Of a stretch of 64,000 bases of DNA, positions 24,370 to 35,304 are shown one piece after another (within the stretch, counting starts at the first letter, position 1; every line of letters starts with the position of its first letter). This DNA comes from Macrostomum lignano. Lineage: Eukaryota. The notes below the pieces were generated by a model. The model saw only the letters and a list, made by a program, of their open reading frames with translations. It was not told the DNA's origin and ran no database searches. The stretch spans positions 124,001 through 188,000 of the forward strand of contig NIVC01001151.1 of assembly GCA_002269645.1 (NCBI GenBank), written 5' to 3'. A program made the translations under genes and the position numbers.

Positions 24370-25982
24370 GATGATAATGATGATGGTGATGTTGATGATG
24401 ATGATGATGATGATGATAATGATGATGATAATGATGGTGATTATGATGACGATGGTGATGATGATGGTGATGATGGTGATGATAGTGATGATGGTTATGA
24501 TGATGGCAGTGCGGAGAACAGTGCGGAGTGAGATGGACTGTACGCTCAGGACATAGCCTCCCACCACAGAAAAAGGAAAAAGTCAACGAAGAAACGACGG
24601 TAATCGCGCTGACCAGCTCCCTTTTCGCCGACGACACCACGGTGATCGGGACCACAGCGGAGATAGAGCAAGGTACCGCTACCATCAAGAGGATTATGGA
24701 AGAGTTCGAAGAGCGCACAAATGATGAGAAAGAGGAGCACGCACCGAGGAAAGCGACAACATCTGCATGTTAGGAACCTGGCTCGGCCGAAAGAACGATA
24801 CCAGTTAACGCCTCCAAAGAGCAGCCAAAGCTTGGGGCGGGGTGAGAAACATGCTGCGCCGCACTCGGCTGAGTAAAAAGACCCAGGCAAAGATCGTGGA
24901 GGCATGTGTCGAGAGCACCATGCTGTTCAACAGCGGGGCCAGACCTTTCTACCGCTCGAGGTTAAGAAGATGCAACAAGCAATGGACCGTAGATACCGCC
25001 TGATCTGGAGCAGCAAACAAAGACCAATCCTGCGCGAAATGGAAGAAAAAGGGGTCAACAGCTGGGACGTCCGCCAGGAACTCGGCATTGCAAGCGTCGC
25101 GACTAAGATCGAAATGGCCCACTGACGACGGCTTGGCCACATCATCCGATTACCCGACGGAAACCTCGTTAAAGCATGTCTACTTGGCTGGAATAAAGAC
25201 CTCGAGAGTGTTCGAAAAGCCCGTAAACAGAAACAAACTATTATGTCCTACTGGAAAAAATGTTAAAAACAGCAAAGGTTGACGAACTAGACATCGAAAG
25301 ACTGGCACTGGATCGAGAGACTTGGAGAGCAGTGACTAAGGAAAGAAGGCATCAACTGGACATCCTAGAAAAGATGTTAAGCAGGCGCGGGAACTTACCA
25401 CCAGAAGGAGGCGATCAGCAAACCGAAGCACCCCTAGCAGGGACACAGCCCACCCAAGAGACCGAATTAACGGGCTACCGGTGCAAGTATGAGCACTGCA
25501 AAAAGGTATGCGCATCAAGAGGCGGACTGGCCATTCACCACAAACGCATGCACCACACCGGGAGGTATCCCTCCCCTGCCCTAAGTGCGGGAAACTTTTC
25601 AAGACCGAAGCGACTAGAAAAAACCACCAAAAGTGGTGCCGCGGAACCACCCAGTCCGACGGCCGCACGAACTGCACAAGCTGCGGGGAATGGCTCAGTA
25701 GCAGCAATTCGCGAGACACTGGAGGACGTGCAAGAAACAACACGAGAACGGACCAAGCCGACACTCCGATCAGGACCACACCGATGGCCAACATCGGCAG
25801 AATCTACCGCAGTAGACGGGTACCGTGCCCGCACTGTGGCCGACAGCAGGCTGCAACGAACCTGGCTCGACATAGGAAAGTGTGCCTTGGCGAGTGAGAC
25901 GGGGACCCGCCTGGTTGACTATGCCAAAAGGCGATAAAAAGTCAGAAGAAGAAGATGGGGATGATGATGGTGATGGTGGTGG

Positions 25983-26020
<38 letters not shown>

Positions 26021-26174
26021 ATGGTGATGATGATGGTGATGATGATGATGATGATTATGGTGATGATGATGGTGATGATGATTATGGTGATGATGATGGT
26101 GATGATGATGATGATGATGATTATGGTGATGATGATGGTGATGATGATGATGATGATTATGGTGATGATGAGGG

Positions 26175-26215
<41 letters not shown>

Positions 26216-26231
26216 ATGGTGATGATGATGG

Positions 26232-26263
<32 letters not shown>

Positions 26264-26267
26264 ATGG

Positions 26268-26298
<31 letters not shown>

Positions 26299-26438
26299 GA
26301 TGATAATAATGATGATGATTATGGTGATGATGATGATGATGATGATGATGATTATGGTGATGATGATGATGATGATGATGGTGATGAAGATGATGATGAC
26401 GATTGTGATGATGATGATGATGATGATGATGATTATGG

Positions 26439-26476
<38 letters not shown>

Positions 26477-26595
26477 GTGATGAAGATGATGATGACGATT
26501 GTGATGACGATTGTGATGATGATGATGATGATGATGGTGATGGTGATGATGATGATGGTGATATAGTGATGATGATGATTGTGATGTTGATGATA

Positions 26596-26627
<32 letters not shown>

Positions 26628-26701
26628 GATGATGATTGTGATGATGATGATTGTGATGATGATGGTGATGATGATGATGATGATTATGGTGATGATGAGG
26701 G

Positions 26702-26739
<38 letters not shown>

Positions 26740-26743
26740 ATGG

Positions 26744-26784
<41 letters not shown>

Positions 26785-26788
26785 ATGG

Positions 26789-26819
<31 letters not shown>

Positions 26820-26926
26820 GATGATAATAATGATGATGATTATGGTGATGATGATGATGATGATGATGATGATTATGGTGATGATGATGATGATGATGAT
26901 GGTGATGAAGATGATGATGACGATTG

Positions 26927-26958
<32 letters not shown>

Positions 26959-26962
26959 ATGG

Positions 26963-27000
<38 letters not shown>

Positions 27001-27116
27001 GTGATGAAGATGATGATGACGATTGTGATGACGATTGTGATGATGATGATGATGATGGTGATGGTGATGATGATGATGGTGATATAGTGATGATGATGAT
27101 TGTGATGTTGATGATA

Positions 27117-27148
<32 letters not shown>

Positions 27149-29099
27149 GATGATGATGACGATTGTGATGACGATTGTGATGATGATGATGATGATGGTG
27201 ATGGTGATAACGGTGGTGGTGTTAATAGTGATGATAATGATGGTGATGATGATTGTGATGATGATGATGGTGATAATGGTGATGGTGATGATGGTGATGG
27301 TGATGATGATGGTGATGGTAATGTTGCTGGTGATGGTGATGATAGTGATGATGCTGATGATGATAGTTTCCATACTTATCCTCAAACTCATCCCATTTCC
27401 ATACTTATCCTCAAACTCATCCCATTTCCATACTTATCCTCAAATTCATTCCATTTCCATACTTATCCTCAAACTCATCCCATTTCCATACTTATCCTCA
27501 AACTCATCCCATTTCCATACTTATCCTCAAATTCATTCCATTTCCATACTTATCCTCAAACTCATCCCATTTCCATACTTATCCTCAAATTCATTCCATT
27601 TCCATACTTATCTTCAAACTCATCCCATTTCCATACTTATCCTCAAATTCATTCCATTTCCATACTTATCCTCAAACTCATCCCATTTCCATACTTATCC
27701 TCAAACTCATCCCATTTCCATACTTATCCTCAAACTCATCCCATTTCCATACTTATCCTCAAACTCATCCCATTTCCATACTTATCCTCAAACTCATCCC
27801 ATTTCCATACTTATCCTCAAACTCATCCCATTTCCATACTTATCCTCAAACTCATCGCATTTCCATACTTATCCTCAAACTCATCCCATTTCCATACTTA
27901 TCCTCAAACTCATCCCATTTCCATACTTATCCTCAAACTCATCGCATTTCCATACTTATCCTCAAACTCATCCCATTTCCATACTTATCCTCAAATTCAT
28001 TCCATTTCCATACTTATCCTCAAATTCATTCCATTTCCATACTTATCCTCAAACTCATCCCATTTCCATACTTATCCTCAAACTCATCCCATTTCCATAC
28101 TTATCCTCAAACTCATCCCATTTCCATACTTATCCTCAAACTCATCCCATTTCCATACTTATCCTCAAACTCATCCCATTTCCATACTTATCCTCAAATT
28201 CATCCCATTTCCGTACTTATCCTCAAACTCATCCCATTTCCATACTTATCCTCAAACTCATCCCATTTCCATACTTATCCTCAAACTCATCCCATTTCCA
28301 TACTTATCCTCAAACTCATCCCATTTCCATACTTATCCTCAAACTCATCCCATCCCCGAACTCACCCCACGCAGGCACACAGCTGCACACATTCAGCGCT
28401 TACCCCCTGGAGCGCGGCCTGGGCACCAAGTGCGTGGAGTGGTCGCCATCCTCCCAGTTCCTGGCAGTCGGCTGCTACGACGGCTCGCTGCGGCTGTTGA
28501 ACAACATCACCTGGGAGCCGCTGGCCGAGATGCGCGGCCAGACCTGCGTGGAGCCGCCGCCGTCCTCCTCAGCCTCATCATCAGGGATCGTGGCTTATCG
28601 AGAGATCGAATCCCCATCCGGTTTGCCCAGATACGAGGCTTCATCACCCGGTGACCCTCCAATCCCGATCCCGGTGGTGAAGCCGGACCCCAGCAAGCCG
28701 AATCCCAAAGTGGGGATCGGAGCTGTGCACTTCTCGCCCTGCTCCCGGTATGTGGCATTTCGCGAGGACAGCCAGCCAGGAGCCCTTTGGCTGTGGGAGC
28801 TCAACAGGTTGAAGCCGAGCGCCCTGCTGCTGCACAGAAATCCCGTCCGATCGTTTGCTTGGGATCCGTCAGCTTTTAATCCTCCCAGATTGGCCATTGT
28901 GACCGGAACTCCGTGTGTGTACATGTGGTCAACCGCTGGCTGCTTGGCCGCTCAGGTGCCGCTCATGGACCGCTGCGGCGCATTCGTAATCACCAACGTC
29001 AGCTGGCATCCTGACGGAGACGCCCTGCTGCTCACATCCGATGCCGACGCCTGCGTGTGCTTCCTGGAGTCTGGCGGAGCTGCGGGACAGGCTGGATGA
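22453..29099 (+). CDS. WRAP73: WD repeat protein WRAP73 (WDR8), centriole/basal-body protein, 4 exons, 456 aa
   Basis: Exons 22453-22680, 22874-23076, 23714-23928, 28375-29099 total 1371 nt. Recognisable motifs: MNFSE...LVQ|VWSLEHPDWACKIDEG...WSPSSQFLAVGCYDG...NPKVGIG...VSWHPDGD. Confidence 0.95.
22874..23076 (+). CDS. WRAP73: WRAP73 exon 2
   Basis: ttcccag|GTG TGG; AG|gtgagc phase 2. Confidence 0.93.
23088..23670. repeat. Two adjacent 21-bp arrays (AAAAATGGCACTCGGGTCCTA; GATTTCAGAAATGGCATCACT) sharing AAATGGCA
   Basis: Direct inspection. Confidence 0.9.
23714..23928 (+). CDS. WRAP73: WRAP73 exon 3
   Basis: ccctcag|C phase 2; SDGCLLALAERRGLKDCVSVF...LAWSPD; G|gtgcgc phase 1. Confidence 0.9.
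23935..24505. repeat. (GAT)n microsatellite, left of LINE
   Basis: Direct inspection. Confidence 0.97.
24507..25945 (+). mobile_element. 5'-truncated, decayed non-LTR retrotransposon (RTE-like RT + C-terminal zinc fingers)
   Basis: LFADDT (24621-24638); AKIVEACVESTMLF, RLGHIIRL, ALDRETWR; Zn fingers CKYEHC..H..H, CPKC..H..C, CPHC..H..C; several stops and frameshifts. Confidence 0.82.
25955..27365. repeat. (GAT)n microsatellite, right of LINE
   Basis: Direct inspection. Confidence 0.97.
27367..28352. repeat. 29-bp minisatellite TTTCCATACTTATCCTCAAACTCATCCCA
   Basis: Direct inspection. Confidence 0.95.
28375..29099 (+). CDS. WRAP73: WRAP73 exon 4
   Basis: cacgcag|GC phase 1; TFSAYPLERGLGTKCVEWSPSSQF; TGA 29097-29099. 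Confidence 0.93.
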
Positions 29100-29105
29100 A
29101 GCAAC

Positions 29106-30613
29106 ATTGCTGAGCTGTGATTGGCTGATGGCTGAGTGTAGCTTTATTGCATTGCTGAGTTGTGATTGGCTGATGGCTGAGTCTACTTTTATTGCATTGC
29201 TGAGCTGTGATTGGCTGATGGCTGAGTGTAGCTTTATTGCATTGCTGAGCTCTGATTGGCTGATGACTGAGTGTAACTTTATTGCATTGCTGAGCTGTGA
29301 TTGGCTGGTGGCTGAGTGTAGCTTTATTGCATTACTGAGCTGTGGTTGGCTGATAGCTGAGTGTAGCTTTATTGCATTGCTGAGTTGTGATTGGCTGATG
29401 GCTGAGTCTAGTTTTATTGCATTGCTGAGCTGTGATTGGCTGATGGCTGAGTGTAGCTTTATTGCATTGCTGAGCTCTGATTGGCTGATGGCTGAGCGTA
29501 CCTTTATTGCATTGCTGAGCTGTGATTGGCTGATGGCTGAGTGTACCTTTATTGTATTGCTGAGCTGTGATTGGCTGATGGCTGAGTGTACCTTTATTGC
29601 ATTGCTGAGCTGTGATTGGCTGATGGCTGAGTGTAGCTTTATTGCATTGCTGAGTTGTGATTGGCTGATGGCTGAGTGTAGCTTTATTGTATTGCTGAGC
29701 TGTGATTGGCTGATGGCTGAGTGTACCTTTATTGCATTGCTGAGCTCTGATTGGCTGATGGCTGAGCGTACCTTTATTGCATTGCTGAGCTGTGATTGGC
29801 TGGTGGCTGAGTGTAGCTTTATTGCATTACTGAGCTGTGGTTGGCTGATGGCTGAGTGTAGCTTTATTGCATTGCTGAGCTCTGATTGGCTGATGACTGA
29901 GTGTAGCTTTATTGCATTACTGAGCTCTGATTGGCTGATGACTGAGTGTAGTTTTATTGCATTGCTGAGCTCTGATTGGCTGATAGCTGAGTGTAGCTTT
30001 ATTGCATTGCTGAGCTGTGATTGGCTGATGGCTGAGTGTAGCTTTATTGCATTGCTGAGTTGTGATTGGCTGATGGCTGAGTGTAGCTTTATTGTATTGC
30101 TGAGCTGTGATTGGCTGATGGCTGAGTGTACCTTTATTGCATTGCTGCGCTCTGATTGGCTGATGGCTGAGCGTACCTTTATTGCATTGCTGAGCTGTGA
30201 TTGGCTGATGGCTGAGTGTAGCTTTATTGCATTGCTGAGCTGTGATTGGCTGATGGCTGAGTGTAGCTTTATTGCATTGCTGAGTTGTGATTGGCTGATG
30301 GCTGAGTGTAGCTTTATTGTATTGCTGAGCTGTGATTGGCTGATGGCTGAGTGTACCTTTATTGCATTGCTGAGCTGTGATTGGCTGATGGCTGAGCGTA
30401 CCTTTATTGCATTGCTGAGCTGTGATTGGCTGATGGCTGAGTGTAGCTTTATTGCATTGCTGAGTTGTGATTGGCTGATGGCTGAGTGTAGCTTTATTGC
30501 ATTTCTGAGCTGTGATTGGCTGATGACTGAGTGTAGCTTTATTGCATTACTGAGCTCTGATTGGCTGATGACTGAGTGTAGTTTTATTGCATTGCTGAGC
30601 TCTGATTGGCTGA
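29106..30613. repeat. 45-bp minisatellite TTGCTGAGCTGTGATTGGCTGATGGCTGAGTGTAGCTTTATTGCA, ~33 copies
   Basis: Direct inspection; begins just after the WRAP73 stop. Confidence 0.96.
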
Positions 30614-30969
30614 TCCACCGCATTACATTGCTGTGTCACCATTTCAAGGGTCTATTTTTAAAAGTCCTTCCTTCCGAATTCCAGTTACAATTCGATACTC
30701 ATTAAGCTGCATATTTATAAATAGATGCAGGACATCTGTAGGTAGGCAATTTTTTATTTCTTTTATATTAGGACTGCTTAGTAGGCTGTTTCGCGGTTTT
30801 TGTGTTAAATTGATTTCCTTCTTTGTGGCCACTTTGGGTAATATCAATATTTTTAAATACGAAATCTGAATGTTTCCAATCAATATTGCATTGCGTTTAA
30901 GCGCTCGAGACATAAAAAACTTCTTATAACATGTCCTGTCTTTAAAGAAATTTTTCAGTTTTTTCAGAC

Positions 30970-31748
30970 TAAGAGGTGGAGCAAGAATCAGGAGAGTAAA
31001 CTGAGAGGTAGAGTGAGAATCAGGAGAATAGAGTGAGAGGTAGAGTGAGAATCAGGTTGGTAGAGTGAGAGGTAGAGTGAGAGGTAGAGCCAGAATCAGG
31101 ATGGTAGAGTGAGAGGTAGAGCGAGAATCAGGAAGATAGAGTGAGAGGTAGAGCGAGAATCAGGAGAATAGAGTGAGAGGTAGAGTGAGAATCAGGTTGG
31201 TAGAGTGAGAGGTAGAGTGAGAATCAGGAGAGTAGACTGAAAGGTAGAGTGAGAATCAGGAGAATAGAGTGAGAGGTAGAGTGAGAATCAGGTTGCTAGA
31301 GTGAGAGGTAGAGTGAGAGGTAGAGCCAGAATCAGGATGGTAGAGTGAGAGGTAGAGCGAGAATCAGGAAGATAGAGTGAGAGGTAGAGCGAGAATCAGG
31401 AAGGTAGAGTGAGAAGTAGAGCGAAAATCAGGAAGGTAGAGTGAGAGGTAGAGCGAGAATCAGGAGAGTAGACTGAGAGGTATAGTGAGAAGTAGAGCGA
31501 GAATCAGGTAGGTAGAGTGAGAAATAGTGAGAGGTATAGAGAGAATCAGGAAGATAGAGTGAGAGGTAGAGCGAGAATCAGGAAGGTAGAGTGAGAGGTA
31601 GAGCGAGAATCAGGAAGGTAGAGTGAGAGGTAGAGCGAGAATCAGGAAGGTAGAGTGAGAGGTAGAGCGAGAATCAGGAAGGTAGAGTGAGAGGTAGAGC
31701 AAGAATCAGGAAGGTAGAGTGAGAGGTAGAGTGAGAGGTAGAGCGAGC
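30970..31748. repeat. Purine-rich ~32-bp array AGAATCAGGAAGGTAGAGTGAGAGGTAGAGCG
   Basis: Direct inspection. Confidence 0.92.
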
Positions 31749-31799
31749 TCTCCCGTCCCCACCAGCTCAACCCAGTTCATCTCCTCGCACTTACAGCCC

Positions 31800-31813
31800 G
31801 TCGCCATGGCAAC
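31800..31813. promoter_or_regulatory. X-box-like palindrome overlapping the MARCH start codon
   Basis: GTCGCC-AT-GGCAAC; could be coincidental Kozak + Met-Ala-Thr. Confidence 0.3.
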
Positions 31814-32999
31814 AAATCTGCAACAGTCTCGCCGCTGCTCCCTCGCCATCACAGTCCCAGACTCCAAGGATGAGGCGGTCTCTCCTTCATCGCCCTGCAG
31901 CATCTGTCGAATTTGTCATGAGTCTGCGCCAGTGACAGGCTCGGACACTGGCAGTGACAGTCAGCTGTGCCAGCCGTGCCAGTGCCGCGGTACCGTGGCT
32001 CATGTGCACCTGGCCTGCCTCTTTAGATGGCTCCAACGAAGCGGCTACGACAGGTGCGAACTGTGCCAGCAGCCGTTCTCCATCGGATTGTCTTCATCAA
32101 AGCCTCAGCCTCCCACAGTTGGCGGTTCCTCATCTGCAGTTTGGGGAGTCTCACTGAGACTCTGCTTGGCTGTGCTGGCTCTCCTGTGCTCAGGCAGGGT
32201 CACCAGGCACTTGTTGGGTCACAGCGGCAGTGGGGCTCAGCTGGCATCTGTAAGCCAAGACATCCCACTTGGCTGCGCAGTCTCCATCATCAACTTGACT
32301 CTTATCTGGACATTTGCCAGCCGGTTCCGCATTCCAGCGCCAGTTGCTGAGCTGCTAGGAGTTCTAGTTCCGCTTGAGTCGGATTGTGATGAAGCTGAGC
32401 CAGGAGTCTGCTGGTATGGCAGGCTGCCAAATCGTTTGATTGGCCTGGCTTTGGCAAACTCAATCTCTGTTTTACTTGGTTGCTATGCGCCTTGGAAACT
32501 GTGCGAGTTCTTCATCGGATTGATTGACAGCTCGGCTAGTGATGCTTCATCAACTAGTTGGATTCTGGCACTGCCGCTGCTGGTGGCCGGTGCCGTTGCC
32601 ACCGAGCTCTGCTGCGGTTCGAAACTCCGACCGCTGCTGCTGCCGCCTGCGGTTTTCTTTGCCGCTCCGATCTTCTGTGGATTAGGGATTAGCGGCGCTG
32701 TGAACTACTGGAATCAGGAGGATTATCCCAGTGCAGGGATCGGTCTGGTGAACTGCTGGATCATCGGTGCCGTCTGTCTGTGCTCAGCTCGGCATCTGCT
32801 CGGCTGCTTGACCAACCAGGCTGAAAGCAGGAGCGATCCGGTCTTCTGCTTCTGCTTTTTTGACGCCTTTTTCAGTCTGGCCGATGCCAGCTGGACTGCG
32901 GCGGCTCGGGCCTTGGCTGAGGTGGCGCTTCTCGGAGCCCTTGGGGTGTCCGCCGGAGCACCTGTTGCTTGCCTTCTTGTGTCCGCTTCTGAGGCCTAG
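31806..32999 (+). CDS. Intronless RING-CH (RINGv/MARCH family) multi-pass membrane E3 ubiquitin ligase, MARCH6/Doa10-like, 397 aa
   Basis: ATG 31806 in gccATGg context; C4HC3 ring CRIC...PCQCRGTVAHVHLACLFRWL...CELC followed by several hydrophobic segments; stop TAG 32997-32999. The MARCH6 affinity is from remembered motifs only. Confidence 0.8.
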   Translation: MATNLQQSRRCSLAITVPDSKDEAVSPSSPCSICRICHESAPVTGSDTGSDSQLCQPCQCRGTVAHVHLACLFRWLQRSGYDRCELCQQPFSIGLSSSKPQPPTVGGSSSAVWGVSLRLCLAVLALLCSGRVTRHLLGHSGSGAQLASVSQDIPLGCAVSIINLTLIWTFASRFRIPAPVAELLGVLVPLESDCDEAEPGVCWYGRLPNRLIGLALANSISVLLGCYAPWKLCEFFIGLIDSSASDASSTSWILALPLLVAGAVATELCCGSKLRPLLLPPAVFFAAPIFCGLGISGAVNYWNQEDYPSAGIGLVNCWIIGAVCLCSARHLLGCLTNQAESRSDPVFCFCFFDAFFSLADASWTAAARALAEVALLGALGVSAGAPVACLLVSASEA

Positions 33000-33134
33000 C
33001 TGTCTTCTGCTTTTTAATTGCTGCTCTGCTGCTTTTGCTTGACAAGCGGCCCTTTTTATAGTTTTTTGCACTGTCTGCTTGCTTTGACTCCGTCTGTGAG
33101 AACAGACTGCTTATCTCGAATCTCTGTCTATCTG

Positions 33135-33692
33135 CTCTCTCCCTCTGACTCATCCTCTCTCCCTCTGACTCATCCTCTCTCCCTCTGACTCATCCGCTCT
33201 CTCCCTCTGGCTCATCCTCTCTCCCTCTGACTCATCCGCTCTCCCTCTGACTCATCCGCTCTCCCTCTGACTCATCCGCTCTCCCTCTGACTCATCCGCT
33301 CTCCCTCTGACTCATCCGCTCTCTCCCTCTGACTCATCCGCTCTCCCTCTGACTCATCCGCTCTCCCTCTGACTCATCCGCTCTCTCTCTGACTCATCCG
33401 CTCTCCCTCTGACTCATCCTCTCTCTCCCTCTGACTCATCCGCTCTCCCTCTGACTCATCCGCTCTCCCTCTGACTCATCCGCTCTCCCTCTGACTCATC
33501 CGCTCTCCCTCTGACTCATCCGCTCTCTCCCTCTGACTCATCCGCTCTCCCTCTGACTCATCCGCTCTCCCTCTGACTCATCCGCTCTCTCTCTGACTCA
33601 TCCGCTCTCCCTCTGACTCATCCTCTCTCTCCCTCTGACTCATCCGCTCTCCCTCTGACTCATCCTCTCTCTCCCTCTGACTCATCCGCTCT
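33135..33692. repeat. Pyrimidine-rich 20/22-bp array CTCTGACTCATCCGCTCTCC
   Basis: Direct inspection. Confidence 0.93.
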
Positions 33693-34224
33693 GCTACTTT
33701 CACCCATCCTACCTCTCTGAACATGTGCTTACTATTTTGCCTTTCAATAAAATAGCTCAGAATGAGTACTTTCATACTCATATGTCAGCTGGCTGTGTTA
33801 TCCCAACTCAGCTGACGAGAGCCGGCCATGGACTGTTAATCTTCGTAGTCCATGCATCTCTGTGCTGTTGCTATTAGTCAGAATAGCTGAAATTTAAATT
33901 GGAGTTTCTTTTCACCGTGAGCCTAATTGGCACCCAACATTATTCATTCCATCACCTAGCATCTTCCATCAAGGTTTATTTAATCGGCTCTTTTAAGTTT
34001 CTCCATTGCTTACTCAATTCATATCGCCCATTTATATACAGCATAATGAACAGCCATTCCATTTTTCAATGTTTTATTGTTCAGCATTGTTTTGCTGTCA
34101 GTAGCTTTCAGTAACTCTATGAAGTGCCTCTGTGTAATGCCTGAATATATATATAAAATAATATAATATATCGTTTGTTGGATAATGCCGACTAATGCTG
34201 ACTTCATGAATTGATTTTTCTTCA

Positions 34225-35062
34225 GGGGTAGCATGAACCTACTGAAGGGTATTCACGGGGTAGCATGAAGCTATTGAAATGTATTCAGGGGTAGCGTGAA
34301 GCTGCTGAAGGGTATTCAGGGGTAGCATGAACCTACTGAGGGGTTCTCAGGGGTAGCATGAAGCTACTGAAGGGTCCTCAGGGGTAGCATGAAGCTACTG
34401 AAGGGTTCTAAGGGGTAGCATGAAGCTACTGAAGGGTTCTCAGGGGTAGCATGAAGCTACTGAGGGGTTCTCAGGGTAGCATGAAGCTACTGAAGGGTTC
34501 TCAGGGGTAGCATGAAGCTACTGAGGGGTTCTCAGGGGTAGCATGAAGCTACTGAAGGGTCCTCAGGGGTAGCATGAAGCTACTGAAGGGTTCTAAGGGG
34601 TAGCATGAAGCTACTGAAGGGTTCTCAGGGGTAGCATGAAGCTACTGAAGGGTCCTCAGGGGTAGCATGAAGCTACTGAAGGGTCCTCAGGGGTAGCATG
34701 AAGCTACTGAAGGGTTCTAAGGGGTAGCATGAAGCTACTGAAGGGTTCTCAGGGGTAGCATGAAGCTACTGAGGGGTTCTCAGGGGTAGCATGAAGCTAC
34801 TGAAGGGTTCTCAGGGGTAGCATGAAGCTACTGAGGGGTTCTCAGGGGTAGCATGAAGCTACTGAAGGGTTCTCAGGGGTAGCATGAAGCTACTGAGGGG
34901 TTCTCAGGGGTAGCATGAAGCTACTGAGGGGTTCTCAGGGGTAGCATGAAGCTACTGAGGGGTTCTCAGGGGTAGCATGAAGCTACTGAAGGGTCCTCAG
35001 GGGTAGCATGAAGCTACTGAAGGGTCCTCAGGGGTAGCATGAAGCTACTGAAGGGTCTTCAG
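34225..35062. repeat. 31-bp minisatellite GGGGTAGCATGAAGCTACTGAAGGGTTCTCA
   Basis: Direct inspection; internal GTAGC-ATGAA-GCTAC stem. Confidence 0.94.
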
Positions 35063-35192
35063 GGTTTATTTGGCTCAGGGGTCTCTGAGTCGCCATCCAA
35101 CCAACCAAAACTCAGCATCCCAGCCCATCAATCAATTTTCAGGTTGCCCCAGCGCCGCAGCCATTGCAGCGGCATCCCAGCAGACGGCAGCG

Positions 35193-35304
35193 ATGAACCT
35201 GCGGCTGCTTCTAGCGAGATCTCCGTGTCCCGGCTGCTATTATTCCCGGTTCGCCATCAGAGTTGGCTCAGCGGCTGCTGCAGTGCTCTGCCTCTTGTTT
35301 ATCG
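35193..35304 (+). CDS. Hexosaminidase exon 1: short tail + signal anchor
   Basis: MNLRLLLARSP...FAIRVGSAAAAVLCLLFI G|gtgaga; phase 1 matches acceptor ctcccccccatacgcag|CC at 36843. Confidence 0.65.

Noticed and set aside
23384-27391. Poly-His, poly-Asp, poly-Met and poly-Ile ORFs
   Set aside because: Stop-free frames of (GAT)n; they lie in WRAP73 intron 3
28929-30705. 554-aa and 564-aa repetitive ORFs on both strands
   Set aside because: A 45-bp unit is a multiple of three and lacks stops in these frames; no start context or splice support
468-32999. Functional cilia/Hedgehog gene cluster (MEGF8 + RING E3 + WRAP73)
   Set aside because: The known MEGF8 partner is MGRN1 (a different RING class), not a MARCH protein; adjacency alone is not evidence
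35079-35304. Downstream exon of the MARCH6-like gene
   Set aside because: Weak resemblance in one frame only; an ATG-initiated signal-anchor reading has the exact phase needed to join hexosaminidase exon 2
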